Shown: piece by piece, positions 12,618-26,480 of the stretch | How positions within the stretch are numbered: the first letter of the stretch is position 1 | Layout of the letters: the number at the start of each line of letters is the position of its first letter | Assembly: GCA_001643675.2 (NCBI GenBank) | Contig: LSRY02000004.1 | Coordinates: 1,116,001-1,180,000 of the forward strand | Direction of reading: 5' to 3' | From: Monocercomonoides exilis PA203 | Taxonomy: Eukaryota; Protista; Preaxostyla | DNA: 64,000 bases | The notes under the pieces: model-generated | Databases searched by the model: none | Told to the model about the DNA's origin: nothing | What the model saw: only the letters and a program-made list of their open reading frames with translations | Translations under genes and position numbers: made by a program

Positions 12618-15235
12618 AACCAAAATTCATCAAAAAAGAAAGAGAAGAAAGGAAAATAGAGCGATATGAGCGGGCAGTTGTCTTTGAAGCGAGAGAAAAA
12701 GAAAGAAGAAGCCGGCAAATGAAGAAGAATGAAGAAGAAGCGGTGAAAGAAAGGGAGAAGGAGCAAAAAATGCAAGATGGATTGGAAAGAGTTATTGCGC
12801 AGGAGAGGGAGAGAAGGAGAAAGAGAAGCATAGAAAATGAAGTTAAAACAGGGAACGTGAATAAAAATGAATTGGGAATGAGCAAACAAACAAAAGTTGT
12901 AGTTAATGGGAAAGATGGGAAAGAGAAGAAAAATGAAAAGGAAGAAGAAAAAGAAGAAAAGAAAGTGGAAGAAGAAGAAATGATTGACAAAAGAAGAGAA
13001 ATAAATAAAGCAAAATTGGATTCTGGTTTGAGTATTGCTTCTCTTTTGGATGCTCCTTCTTTACATGATTCATCAGAACCTTCTTCTTCTTCTTCTTCTT
13101 CTTCTTCAAACAGCATAGAAGAAGAAAAGGCAGAAGAAAAAACAGAAAAGGAAGAAGATGGAAAATTTGCAAATTCAGAAGAAGAAGAAGATACCGAAGC
13201 ATCCTCACTCCTTTCTCTTCTCTCTTCGACTTCTTCCACTTTGCTCTCTGCCTCCACCATTTTGTCCTTCATCAACACTGCCATTTCAGACCCTCTTCTC
13301 AAAATCGCCTCAACATTCATCGAAGACGAAAACAACAAACCTGATTTGTTTGTTCCGTTTTCATCTTCTTCAACATCTTCTTCTTCCTCCTCCTCCTCTT
13401 CTTCTTCTTCTTCCTCTTCTTCTTCTTCTTCTTCCATTTCTTCTTCTTCATTCTCCTCCACCTCTCTCTTCATCACCTGCTCTTCTTCAATGAGCGCTGA
13501 CGAAGTGGACAAAGCACTCGGCAAAATCGAAGCTGCTCTGAATGTTCTGTTGAAGAATCACTTGGAACTTCTGGTTCTTCCTGAAGGCAAAGCGAAAAAG
13601 ATCGTGAAGCAGAGAGAAAGTGGAGGGGAGGAGCAAGATGATGTAGATGAGAGTTCGAATTCAGAGGATGAAGAAACGACTGCATCATCATCTTCTTCTT
13701 CCTCTTCCTCTTCCTCTTCCTCTCCTCAACCATATTCCTCCTTCTTCTCTATTTGTCTCTATCCTCTCCTTACTTCTCTGCTTAATGCTCGACATCACTG
13801 CAAAGGCTATCCAGTTGCCTGTTCAGCTGAAAGGATGATATTAGCCTTCTGCTCAGCCATCTTCGAATGGACACTGAAAGAAGAGGAAGAGGAGAAGAGG
13901 AGGGAGAAGAGGAGGAAAGAGAGAGAAGAGAGAGAAGAAAGAGAAGAAAGAGAAGTAAGAGGAGAAGGAGATGAAGGAGATGAAGGAGAAGGAACGTTGA
14001 AAAGAAAGAGTGAACTTTCAGGTTCTGATTGCTTTTCACAGGCAATTCGTTCTCCTTCTTCTGTTTCTTCTTCGTCATCTTCTTCTTCTTCCCCTTCCGA
14101 TCTTCCTCGAATACAATCCTGGCATTCAATCAGTTCTCTTTCTCCTTCTTCCTTCCTCTCTTCTTTGCCTTCACCTTCTCTTCTCCTCGTCTCCACTCTC
14201 ATTGAACTGATCCGCCTGATGCTCGATTTGCACGTTAGCCAGTCAGAACGAGCGAGAAAAGTGAAAGTTCCCCTTCCGCCTCAATCTTCAACCGCCTCCA
14301 ATTTCTCTTTGAATTCCATTTCTTCCTCCACTTTCTCCTCCTCTTCCTCTTTCGTTTCGCCTTCTGCCTCGCCTTCGTCCATTTACGGCTTTTCCCCAGC
14401 ACTTTCTGACCAGACCAGCAACTTTCTCCTCATCCAGCCAGAAGCCGAACAACAAAAAGACTCCTTTTTGCTCGGCTGGCTGCATCTTTTCCCTCATTTC
14501 ATCTCAATCGCCTCGCATTCTTTCCCATTTCAGACACTTCAGTCAAACACCAAATTCAATGGCAAAGCAGGCATAGCAGGCAAAGCAAGCAATGCTGGTT
14601 ATGCTGGTTATGCTGGCTTTGCAATGCAGCAGTCGCCACCTCACAATCAGCATTCAAGACCTTCTTCTCCAAGACACTTCGCTTCTCCAAAATCTTCACC
14701 AACTTCTTCTTCTTCTTCTTCTTCTTCATACAACTCCTTATTTTCTCAAAGAATAATTGGTTCACCTTCTATTTCATCATTGTCATCATCTTCTTCTTCT
14801 TCTTCTTCTTCTTCCTCTCCCTCTTATGTCTCCTCTTCCCCCATCTCCACCCGCTTTTCCTCTCGCCGCCTCTCCTCCCCCATGCGTTCTCCTACCTCCT
14901 CCCGCAGCACCCCTTCCTCTTTAACCACCTCAGCCTCATTCCCTCCTCCCCCCTTCAACTCTCCCTCTTGCATTCTGCTTGCCCGTGTGAAGAGAGATGT
15001 GATGTGCCTGCAAAACCACGAGGCAATGGCTGTTAGACAAGGCGCCTGTTTTTGCATGGCGTTTGTGTGTGAGTGTGTGGACAGGGCAGAGTGGGAGTGG
15101 ATGACGATGGCGTGGGAGCAGACGAAGTGGATGGTGATGATGAGCTGCGTGGAGAGGTACCAGAAGAGGAGGAGCGATGTATTGCATAAGAGGAACGGGT
15201 TTAAGGACGTGTGGATGCCGGAGAAGGCGAGATAG
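8558..15235 (+). CDS. CLASP: CLASP-family microtubule regulator, 2225 aa, single ORF
   Basis: N-terminal TOG/CLASP_N-like HEAT region (WKERLDAIKEL, DTRSSLIKE, VRQRCAEY, DADPEVRTTGR). C-terminal VRQGACFCM resembles the CLASP VRKxxVFCL motif. The middle is huge Ser-rich and Glu/Lys-rich low-complexity sequence. Confidence 0.8.
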
Positions 15236-15856
15236 AAGGATTGGGGGTTGGGTATTTTTTAAAAGTTAATTTTTGTTTTGTTTTGTTTTGTTTTTATTTT
15301 TGTTGTTGTTTGTTGATTGGAAGCTTTGTTTGATAAGATATATTACTGAAAAAATGATTGAGCATCCTTTTTTAAAAACACTTTGGTCTTAATTTGTGTG
15401 AAACCAAAGAAAAATGTTTATGTCATCTTCATTTTTCGATTTCATTTTCAGCAAATGAACATTTTTGTTTTTAAGTTTTGAGCAGCTTTCACTGCAAAAA
15501 AACAACTATTCGAACACATCACAGAACAACTGTTTCCTTATTTGCATTGATTTCTTGCAATCCAACAAAGAAATATTAAAAATGACACTTTTTTGCGATT
15601 TTTCTTTAAAATTTGGAATGAGAAAAATGGATGAAAAAATACAGTTAAAAAAAAAAGATTGAAAATATGAAATCTTTCCGTTCTCAAAAGAAAACTAACA
15701 TTTTATTCGCCAAAAGAAAAACAGAAAAAGCCTAACAAATTCTTCATGAGCAATTGATAAACACATTCTGAATCAAACAAAACCACTTCCAATAAAACAT
15801 ATTTCTGATAAGTGATTTTTTGTTTTAGATTAAAAAAATAAGAAATCCAATTCTTT

Positions 15857-17815
15857 CTAAACTGCATGTGAAGGCTCAGTAATTATTTCAAGTCTTGGAG
15901 TCAGCCAGTCAAGTATCAATTTATAGCATTCCTGAACAAGTAAAGGAAAAATCGTTGCGATTTGAAGTTAATAGGAAATGAAATAAAGATGGATAAAAAA
16001 AAAAAGAATTGAAAAGTTTTAACGATGAACACTAAAAAATAAATTTTTCTTTAAAGAACATGAATGATAAAAAAGTGAAGAAAATATTGTTTCTTTTCTT
16101 TTCTTTTCTTTTCTTTTTCCTTCCTTCTTTTCATTCATTCATTTCTTTTTCATACATCTCTGCACGGCTCGTTGTGTATTTCGTGATAGCATCCAGGGAA
16201 GATGTGCAGCTTCTTGTCTTTTGAAGTGCTCTTTGCAAAAAACAATTCTGAATTCTTTTTCGGAGCTGATAGTTTGTTGAACAGGCGAAAGAAATGATGG
16301 ACATATTTCACAAATAGCATCAAATAAATAAATTAATAAATTAATAAATAAAAGAAGAAGAAGAAGAAGAAAGAAAGAAAGAAAGAAAAGAAAGAAAAAG
16401 AAAAGAAAAGAAAAGAAAAGAAAAGAAAAGAAAAGAAAAGAAAAGAAATATCAAAATTTTATGTTTTCAAAGTGGATGTAAATTCTCTGCAAACTTATTG
16501 TGTCTGCTTCACCGTGCAATAATAAATATGGATAGTCATCTTGGTCAAAATGATTTTGAATCTCATCTGTTGCCTGAAGATTTGTTTGGATAAACAGAAA
16601 AAAAAAAGAAAAAAGAAAAAAAAAAAAAAAAAAAAAGAAAAATCAAAATATTTTTTAACAAGAAACAGATTTAAATTCAAAAAGTATTTTAAAAAAAAAT
16701 AAAAAAAGAAAATAGAACAAAAAAAAAAGAACAAAAAATATATTTTTATCCTTTTCAATCCTTTTTAAAAATCGCATACAAGTTTTATTTGTCTTCCTGT
16801 TCGAGCTGTGACAGGCTTCTGCCCGCACAAAGGATCTGCTTCTGCACGAGCTTCTGAAAATTGCAATGTGATTCATTCAATTCCATTTCAAATTTAATTG
16901 TCAAAAAAAAATTGAAAGTTTTTCCATTGTTGTTTCTTATTTCGCATAAAAAATTTTTCAAAAAGCATACTGACGGATTGATCATGTGCCAGTGCAGTTC
17001 TGTCCAATTTTTGAACGGCCATTGATGGAAACATCCAACTCAATGGTCTAATATATTTAAAAATGATTTTTTTTTTTGAAAAAAATTAATTTTAAAAGCA
17101 TACGTTATAGCTGTCAAAGCGAACCAATTCACGTTGACATAAACTGTTGGTGCTGATAAAATTGAACCTCGTAAAATATCTGCGTCAAATATATCCCAAA
17201 TAAGCGCATTTAAAAATTTATAAATGTGTTAAAATATTCATGTTAATAAAACTTTTTGTTCTTCGAGATACTAGGATTCCAACAGTTGCACCAAGAGAAT
17301 GTCCAAACCAAAATTTTGGAACTGGTTTATGAAATTGCTCTGATGAAATGTCGTTGATATAGTCCACCCAAGCATCAATGGCCTTCATAAAGTCAGGAAT
17401 TTCCCCAGAAGGATCCCCAGTTGTTGATAGACCATGACCTTCCAACAATAACAATTAATACTCTTCTTTAAAATAGATAAGATTTAAGGCATATCAATTA
17501 CCTGGAAGATCAAGAGCGAATACACTGAAACGATTACGTCCAAACATATCTATTGTAACTTGTTCAGCTCTAGTGTGTTCCATAAGCCCTGATTAATTGC
17601 AACATCCAAATGATTTATCTATCTAATAAACAAAAAATCATGCCATGTGAAAAAAATATTATTCCTTTTGGAGCCGGTGCTCTGTATGAATAAGACATCA
17701 ATTTCAGGTCTTTAAAAGGAAAAATCTCTTGTTTAAGTTCTATAGATCCTTCACTAGATATTTCATATGGTTTAGCAGTTTCTATATTTTCCGTAAATGA
17801 AGAAGAAGACGCCAT
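15857..17815 (-). CDS. Alpha/beta-hydrolase, monoglyceride lipase/lysophospholipase family, multi-exon
   Basis: Motifs across exons: IIFFSHG, GHGLS, nucleophile GHSLG, LLLHGEAD (acid) and FPGCYHEIHNE (His). Ends ILDWLTPRLEIITEPSHAV-TAG at 15859-15857. Confidence 0.85.
16352..16448 (+). repeat. Compound (GAA)n/(GAAA)n/(GAAAA)n microsatellite in a hydrolase intron
   Basis: Tandem purine repeats visible directly. Confidence 0.85.
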
Positions 17816-18447
17816 AATCAAAAATCTATTTCCACAGATCTATTTCTTACCATAAGATTTTTGATCAGGTTATAAAAGAAGAATTGAAGATATGAAATTC
17901 TTATTATATGCACATAAAAAAAAAAAAAATGCGTTAAAACGCAAGATGTGATTGGATCATTATTTTATTTTGATATTTCGAATATTCCAATAAACAAATT
18001 CTCTTCTCACTTAAATATGAATTATTTTTCTAAATTGGAACATAAAATGAAAAACATCAGTTTGATACGATTTTTGATAATTTTTGGAAGAAGTTAGTGT
18101 TTTCTTATAAGAGTTGATTGCGTCTTCTTTTATCAAAAATTAAAGAAAAAAAAGCAAAAGGTTATTGAATACATAAACACTTCCTTGAAAAAACAATGAA
18201 TTAATGAAAAAACAAACAAAATATTTTCAGAAATATTCATTGGTGAACATTGACTTTATAAGTCAAAACAATTAAACAAATTAGACCAGAATAAATGTTT
18301 AAAAAATTTTCAAAATATATCTTTAATGCATATGATTGCTGTTAAAAAATAAATTACCAATTTTGTTTGGTAATTATTGTAATTTTAGTTCAAAATCTCA
18401 ATCTTCATCAAATAGGCTATTTATCTATGAAATTCAACGGCTTTTTT

Positions 18448-19938
18448 TTAGACAAACTCCATCAAGTGCCCTCGTTCAATAGTGAACATAATTTTCAACT
18501 GTTCCATTGACAAATCTTCAGTTATTTCTCCTGTGAGCACTTGGTGTTCGCATTCCAAGCGACTCTCAAAACCATTTACAGCACTTTTAATTTCTTGTAT
18601 GAGGCGAGAAAGAACAATCCATTCTGCAGTCGTCCAGTCGTCCAGCTTTTCTTCGTGAGTGCTTTCGCTTCTTCCAGTTTCCTGTTTTATTTTAATGGTG
18701 AAATAAAATAATAATTCGATTTTGATCAAAATACATCCAATTTGCTGAAAAAATGCAATTTTAAACCTTTTTTCTTGCTTCATATTGAAAATACGCTTCC
18801 AGTCTAATTTTTTCAGTCACTTTTTCAACTGAAAGCTGACGCCACATCGCTTCCGCTTCTTTGCTGATTTCTGGATCTTTCTTTCTTTCTTCTTTTGCAG
18901 GCTGTTGATGCATTGAAGGTAGGCAGGCCTTCATTTTCACTTCTTCCTCCTCTTCGCAATGATCCGTTGAACTTGACGGTGTAGTTGAAGACGATGAATA
19001 AGGAGGCAATTCTGGTTCTGGTTCTTGTTTTGATTCTGATTCAGATTCAGATTTAGATTTTGACTCACCACTTTGCTCTTCTTTCATTCTTCTAATAATG
19101 TCATCCTGCTCCGATTCGCTTGTCAAGTATGTGGTTGAATTGATGTCGTTCTCAAACGTTGATCCTGCGAGCTCTCTTCTAGCAAGATTTTCTTCTTCTC
19201 TTGTAACTTCTCTAGTATTGGTTGCTGAAAATGAATGCAATTTTCCATCACCTGGAGCAATAAAATTCCCTGAACACAAAACCCTTCCACATTCAAAGAG
19301 GAATAAAATAATTCTTGGATAATTTTTCCAATCCAAAAAATCTTGAGATGATATGTCAAGCTGAGAAAAGAAAAATTTATGGAAATTTTCAGATGCTTCG
19401 AAATGAAAATTCTCGCAGCAAACTCTTAATCCACAAAATGAAATTACCGAATCTAAAATAACAGAAAGATTTTCTCTGCAGAAAAATTTATTCCTGCTAC
19501 ATTGCCTTGGATCTCGATGAAGGCGTCTTTCTACAGATGACTAAATAAATAAAATAAAATAAACTTTTACATAATATTAAATAATCCAAGTACTACACAT
19601 TAAAAATCTGTCGGTTAATAATTTTAAATATCCTATAAAGCACCAATCCGCTTTCTAATTCTTCAAAAAAAGTGTCCCGATTCTTCAATCTTGATGCAAC
19701 ATCAGGTTCGAAAGAATCACTAAATGTATCAATCCATTCAAAAACCTGCTTCTTCATTGCTGCATAACGACGCTCAATGTTAGCATTCCTCCGAATTGTT
19801 ACAGTTGTCTGCATTTGGAAATATTCAATAAAGAATTCCCATAACAAATAAAGCTTTTCGCTTTCTTATTTGTTAAATGGTACATAATACTCCACATGTT
19901 GTATATAGATAAGTTGCGCAAATTTGCAAACAGCCCAT
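18448..19938 (-). CDS. Calponin-homology (CH) domain-containing protein, multi-exon; boundaries approximate
   Basis: VFEWID...FFEELESGLVLYRIFKII followed in the next exon by FFCRENL resembles a CH domain. Downstream ORFs 18761..19336 and 18448..18783 are on the same strand. Confidence 0.5.
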
Positions 19939-19982
19939 TTTATTTTTAAACTTTTCCAAAATTTTCGTTCAAAACACGATCG

Positions 19983-22900
19983 ATGGGCTTTCACATCACA
20001 AGTATTTTGACTCTTTATTTTCTTTTATTTGTTCGTTGCGATGACGCATGCAATTTCGCAAAATCAACACTTATTACAAGAGAGTCAATTGTTGATTGCC
20101 TTTCTAATCTTCCGGTTTGAAACAATTTTTTCATAGTTATTTTATTTTATGTTGATCACTTTTTTTGTTTATGTAACAAAAGTTTAACACAACTGATGAA
20201 CCTTCATCTTTGACAATCAATATCATCAAGCAATACTTTGAAGGATATGCGTATAGGGACACAATGCTATCTCCTCCATCGCCTTTTGAAAAAACATCAA
20301 TTGATATCCTGAAACGTCTTGATGAGATTTCTGCTACTTCATTTTCAAATGGATTGCAATTTCACCAAAAGATTGCAGATACACTTGGAGAGATGAAAGA
20401 TGCTCATACATCTTATGAATTTCCTTGCTCAACACTATTTGCATTTGTCTTACCATATCATTTTAAATTTGAAGTTAGCAATGAAAATGAGATCCAACAT
20501 ATTTCTGTAGTTGCAACAAAATCACTTCAACCAGCCGCCACACAAAAATTTGTAAAGGAGAAAAATATTGATATCACCAACAAGCAAATCAAACATATTA
20601 AAATGGATGGAATTGATGATGTGAAAGAAGAAAAACCAGAAGTTACGATTTCTCGCTGGTGCGAGAAATACATTTCATTTTCGCGAACTCCTGCTGCTAG
20701 ATTAAATTTTGGGCTTCAAAGTTTGCTAACGGTCAGAAGGCCTTCACAGACAATTTTGCCTGAGGAAAATATATTTGTTACAGTGGATGATGAATACGGA
20801 CAAGAACAAGTTGTGGAACTTCCGTGGTATGGCTGGTCAATGAAAGATATAAAGAGCTCCGAAGAGATGCTTCAAATGTGCCCATTGATATCGAAAAGTG
20901 ATAATGGAGCAATTGAAAGTTTTAAAAGCAAAGCTGAAATTTTAAATGAAGCAAAAGAAAGAGATTACAAGAGCAATTTCGAGCAGCATGATGAATATAA
21001 AATTTCTTCTAATCGAAAAGCAAGCTTCTTTATTCATTTCTACCAAAAACTCAGAAAATGGCTTTCTTTACTTCGAAAAGTTCCAAATTTTGTTCGTGAT
21101 ACAATAAAGTATCAGCGCGTTCTTGAAGGTCACTCTGGCGATGCTGTTTTCTGCAAAGTTTACAAGCTTTTGAAGAAGGATCGAACTTTCAAACGGAGAA
21201 TTACATTTGACTTAGATTTGTCTCCAGATATAAACACAAAAAGAAGAATTTGGCTTGAACAAGAAAGAGATAAAGTTAGCAATGCATTGTATCAAGAAGC
21301 AGCAAATGGTTCGAATCGATCAAAGCAAAATGAAGAACCAGAATGGATTGACGAATTTATAAAAGATAGAGAATTTATTATGAAGGTTTTTGGGACTTCA
21401 TCTGACAGTCAGCCAGAAAAGAGTGAACAAAGATCATCTCGTTCTTTACCATCTATCAAAATCTTGTCAAAGGGAAGTAACATCGTTGCATTTTCAGTTC
21501 CTGCTTGGAGAATTGTTTATCTTCATATTGTTACATTTTCCGTGTCGACTGACGAGCAGCTATCGCAGTGGATATCAGATGCTGTGAGTGCTGTGGAGGA
21601 AGCATTTGCACAAAAATACAAAATGGTAATTGATGTTAGAGGAAATGGCGGAGGACTTGTGATGCTTGGCTCTCTTTTGACGCAGGTAATATTCCCAGGA
21701 AGCTTCCCAGTTAATGCAAAGATGAAATATGTTAATTCATCTGCAACACATCTCCTTCGTCCAATGAATAGCGCAGATGGATATGAATGGATTGTTGACT
21801 ACAACACATTGAAACAAATTGATGATATCGGAGATTTACCGATGAAGGAAGTGAAAACTGAAATTCCAAGTTTTTCACAGATGAACACAGATGCTCATTA
21901 TATTGCGCTGGAGAATTATTCTATTCATAATGATCAACTTCATAAAAATTTGATTCATTCTCAGAAAAATACTTACCGCTCTCAACTTTGGTCCTCTTCT
22001 TTTAGCATCAATTTCGACAGATTTTGGGGATATTACAAAGAAGACTTTTTACCTGCGTCACTTCTCGAAACACAGCGAATATTTACTCCAAGTGATGTTG
22101 TAATTGTGAGCGATGGAGAGTGTGGATCAACTTGTGCTCAATTTGTGAAGCATGCAGCTCAATTGCATTTGGCAAAAGTTGTTGGACTAGGCGGTTCAAT
22201 ACTTGATAATGAAGAAATTAACAAATGTTCAAATTCAATGGTTAACGAAAATAAATCTATAAAAAAGAATGAAAAAATTCCATTTGACGTGGCTTCATTT
22301 GCTGCAGGAAGTGTGATTGATTCTGATTCTGTCCAAAAAGATCGGATTGCTAGAAAAACGCAAACTTATTCACGGTCAAGTTGGCATTCAATTCGTACAT
22401 TGCCTCAACAATTCATAAGAAATCAAACAAATTCAACTTTGAATAAAGCTTCAAATGATATTCCTTCACCATTCCCTCGTAGTGGAACAATATTGCGATA
22501 TGTTATGCTTACATCTTATTCATTTGTGAAAGAGACTTCAGAAAAAGAACTTGAATTTCTCATTATTGAGCCTGATGAAGTTTTTCCGCTGTATCCAAAT
22601 CCGGCTTTGTTCTTATCAAAAGAAGATTACTTTTCTGTAATTGAAGTAATTAGAACGAATAAAATTTTCCAGAAATGCTACGATAATTGGGAAGTGAAAG
22701 ATGATTCCGAATGCAACCCAGCACAGATAGTTGCACAATCGAATAATGAACAATATGATGAAGACTTTTCAAAATGCAATTTTTCCAAATATAACTATTC
22801 ATGTGCAAAGCAAAGCACTGGAGCTGCTTCTTCTTCAAACTCTGTGTATGGGAGAAAGTGTACTAATGGTCAGTGGAGCACCGATTGCACATTCAGTCAC

Positions 22901-23158
22901 TGCAATAATGGTTTTTATTTATCTTTTGATGGAAGCTGTGCAGATATTCCGACTGTTCCTCCTATTCCAAAGCCGCCAAAAAAGAAGGATCCTTCTGTTG
23001 TTACTCCGGTCAAAAGTTCACATATTGGATGGATAATCGGAGGAGCTGTTGGAGGAGTTTTTGTGATAGTTTTTTTAGCATTTATAATTCTTTGTTACAT
23101 TAGAAGAAGAAAACATCTTGAAAAAGAAAGGCTACTGGGAAATGAAGACGGTCAATGA
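19983..23158 (+). CDS. Type I membrane S41/CPAF-like serine peptidase. Exon 1 19983-20114, intron 20115-20182, exon 2 20183-23158
   Basis: Signal-peptide-like exon MGFHITSILTLYFLLFVRC splices in frame to the 982-aa ORF. Motifs DAHTSY, IDVRGNGGG and SDGECGSTCAQF are followed by a Cys-rich segment, a TM helix (WIIGGAVGGVFVIVFLAFIILCYI), RRRK and a short tail. Confidence 0.8.
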
Positions 23159-23843
23159 AGAAGTGGCTGTGGAAATTTTAATGTGTAATTTTTATTCTAC
23201 CAATTTGTAATTTTTGTTATTTTTATTGGTTGTGATCAATTATTAATTTTGATTCTTGAGATAATTTACATCATTATCTTTTGTGATAAAGGTTATTCAC
23301 AACAATTTTAAATATGAAGAGTTCAAAGATGAAACAAATTATCATAAAAAAATGCAATTGTGCAAATGGTTTCAATGCCAGTTCATAAGGACTCTGCTTT
23401 TTTTATTTTTTCCCTGATGAAATGGACTTTTTTTTCCAAGCAGTCAAATAAAAATTGGGGGAAAATTAAATTAATGCAAGAGAAGACTTTCTGATTTTTT
23501 CCAAATTGATACGAAAATTGCACAGAAGTCAATTACTCAAAAAAAATTTGAAAAATTCGAAACTTAAAGATAAATGGAATGACAAAAAAAACTTAAAAAG
23601 CAATTGAAAAATAAATGAGAGATATATTTGCAAATATGCTCAATTAATATAATAATTATAATTATTATTATAATAAGGAAGGAAAAATGTTAACAAAGTT
23701 CAATCAGATGAATAAATTACAAATGGACCATTGCAGAACATAAGAATAATTTTTGCATCATCGGAAAGTTTGGATATTACACTTTAAATATCAATGAAAG
23801 CGAAATCAAAACTGTTTCAAAAGATAAGTCATCTGGATCTGTA

Positions 23844-24223
23844 ACAGATATCACATAAAATACCGGACAAAATCAATTTCACAATAACTGCAAGAGGAAT
23901 AATTCTGACAATTCTCTACAAAATACATCTCATCAATACAAACTCAATTGATAAACGAGACTTTCAAAACAGCTTCATTTGTGCTCAGAGAAAATTATTT
24001 TTAAAATCTCGGAGAAACTCAAAATCCTATTTTTCCGAGATTATCAAAATTATTTTTTCTGAGCTCAACATAAGCTGTCCTGAAAGTCTTTGATGTCACA
24101 TGAGTGTGCATTGATGAGATATATTTTGAGGAAAATTTACAGAATTTTTCTTTTTGCAGTTATTGAGATATCGATCTTGTCCAGTTTTTTTTGCGATGTC
24201 AGGTATTTCATGCGATATCTGTA
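23844..24223. mobile_element. Diverged foldback/MITE-like palindrome, ~380 bp
   Basis: Outer arms ACAGATATCACATAAAATACC and GGTATTTCATGCGATATCTGT. Inner pair AATCTCGGAGAAA/TTTTTCCGAGATT around ~24020, with further matching segments in between. Confidence 0.65.
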
Positions 24224-25773
24224 CCCAAGAGAAGTTTAATAACAATAACAACACTCGGAACGCTCAAAAGAAAAAGCTCGTAGAAAAATGAGCAAGCCTT
24301 TGACTTTGGAAAATAAAACAAAAAATGCCAAATCTTTACACAAAAACTAAAAAAAAAAAAAACATTTTCAGGAATAATATATAAAAGTTTAAAGAAGGTT
24401 TCCTATTATTTATTTTTTCTAAAAGTGCTCTTGAGAGCCATAAATATTCGATCCCGATTATTTTTTGGATACCGATCGATTTCAAACTCCATGCAATTAA
24501 ATTTTTCTTTGTTAATATGTTTATCTTTGCGATTTTTTGTTTTAATTATTCGTTAGTGTCAGAAAAGATAAAACAAAAATTTGATTCATTCTTATTTATT
24601 TTTCTTTTCTTTTTTCATTTTGAAAAAAGGATCAAACCTTTTTTAACAGTCTTCACTGTTTTCTTTGATAAAAAAATATTGAATAATGAAATCAGATTCT
24701 CAGAACTATTTTATTTTATATATCAAAATAAGAAGATTCGTTTTTGATTTTCTCTTTATTCAAATTAAAAATGATGTCACAAAAAAAATGCAACATATTT
24801 CAAATATCCAAATCTGTGGTTGAAAAGACAGTTTGTAATTTTTTCTTGTTTTGAACATAATCTTTCTTTCAAAAATATCCACTTAGTTATGATAATTCCT
24901 GGAAGTCAAAAAAAGACATCTGACAAATAATCTTATCAGGAGATTAATACCTGCTTCACCTAAATAAGAAAAAAAATTAGACCGATTAATTTTAATTATT
25001 GAAAGTCACATTTCAGAAATAATAAAATAAAATATGGGGAAAAATATGGACACGCAAGCTTTTTATTCACAAATCAAAAATATAAAAATAATTTTTTTAT
25101 ATTATAACATTATAAAAGTTAATCAGATTTTAAAATAAATTGAATTATCATATCCATAAGCAGGAATAATTGATACCACACATAAGGTCTTGTGACTTCA
25201 CACTTGTTTCAAATAATGAACCATTCAATTCATTTTTATGATCACAAAAAGTCAATTAAAAGTGCATATATTAGGCCTTTGCGACAAGGAAATTTTTAGC
25301 GATGCGTGTCGGTCGAAAGTCTCGGCCTGTGTCGAGTGTTTTTTTTTTTTTTTTTTTTTTTATCAATAAATATTTTTAAACTTTTTTTATTTTTATTACT
25401 CTTTTATTTTTTCAAAATAAGTTATTGTTTGTGATTAACAAAGAATTTTTATCTTTTTGAATTTTTGACTAATAACTTTGCCTTATTTTGAATAGAATAT
25501 AAACTTGATACTCATTTTTCTTGAACAAGAAATAAAGTTTTTCTTTTTCAAAAGCATCTTTTCTCTGAAACATCATCAAACTATTTTCATATCGTTTCAA
25601 CTTTTCGTTCGTAATTCTGAAATTTTCATTGGAAGATGAAACAATAATTTACAAAAATCAAATTCAAACCCAAAGCATAATTCAAATTCAAATTCAAAAA
25701 CAATAATTAGATCTTTAAGAGCATTGAGATCCAGCTCAGTTTATTTGGAAAATATTAAATAAAGGATTATAAA

Positions 25774-26480
25774 TCAGCGCTGTGTTTATACGTTTCGAGT
25801 CATCTGTTCCTGAATTTCCGCAGCATTAAATGACCAATTTGAAGACCGACCAATTAAAGTAATTTTGCTTCCAACAACGTAACTTTATTTATTCATCGCA
25901 AAGGCAATTGGAAGATGATAAGCAAATGCAGGTTTGATGAAAAAGGTTCAGCTTTTTCAATGAAGAAGACAAAATAAAAATGGCTGGATTGCATTTGTTA
26001 CAGGAAAAGATGTTGGAGCGACAAACAGAAGTTATTGCATCAATTATTTTTTCCAACTGAAAGAAAACGAAGCAGCAAAGGTGGTGAGTAGATAGGGGCT
26101 CGAATTACAAGGTGAGAAAAGAGCAGGATTGTTGTATTGCCGGAAACGATCAAACGTTCCAGTTCAGCAGCTCAACTGTTTCAAACAGCATTCGATTGCA
26201 CTTTGAAGTGCGGAGAGAAAGCAAAAGTTAAGATAGCGAGTGAAGATAGGGCACAGGAAGTGATATTCGATATGAAGAGACAGCTGTTGAAGGTGGCAGC
26301 GAATGTGTACGGGAACGAGGAGAATTCCGCATGGCATGACAACACAAAGAAGACTTGGCATATGGGTGCTGAGAGGACTTTTTCGTGATGCAAATGTTCC
26401 TTTTGCACCTCTGGTCTGTGCTTCCAATAGAGAACCTTCTTCAGCTAGGTTGCCTTCTCTACTGCATGTTGAAAAGAAAA
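25774..26480 (+). pseudogene. Second, convergent, internally deleted hAT-like transposase relic, copy A
   Basis: SALCLYVSSHLFLNF; CWSDK/NRSY; SAAQLFQTAFDCTLKCGEKAKVKIASEDRA; AERTFS followed by MQMFLLHLWSVLPIENLLQL, resembling the hAT dimerisation domain. Confidence 0.4.

Noticed and set aside
9444-14210. Many poly-Leu/His/Lys/Phe ORFs overlapping CLASP
   Set aside because: Alternative-frame or antisense readings of TCT/GAA repeats.
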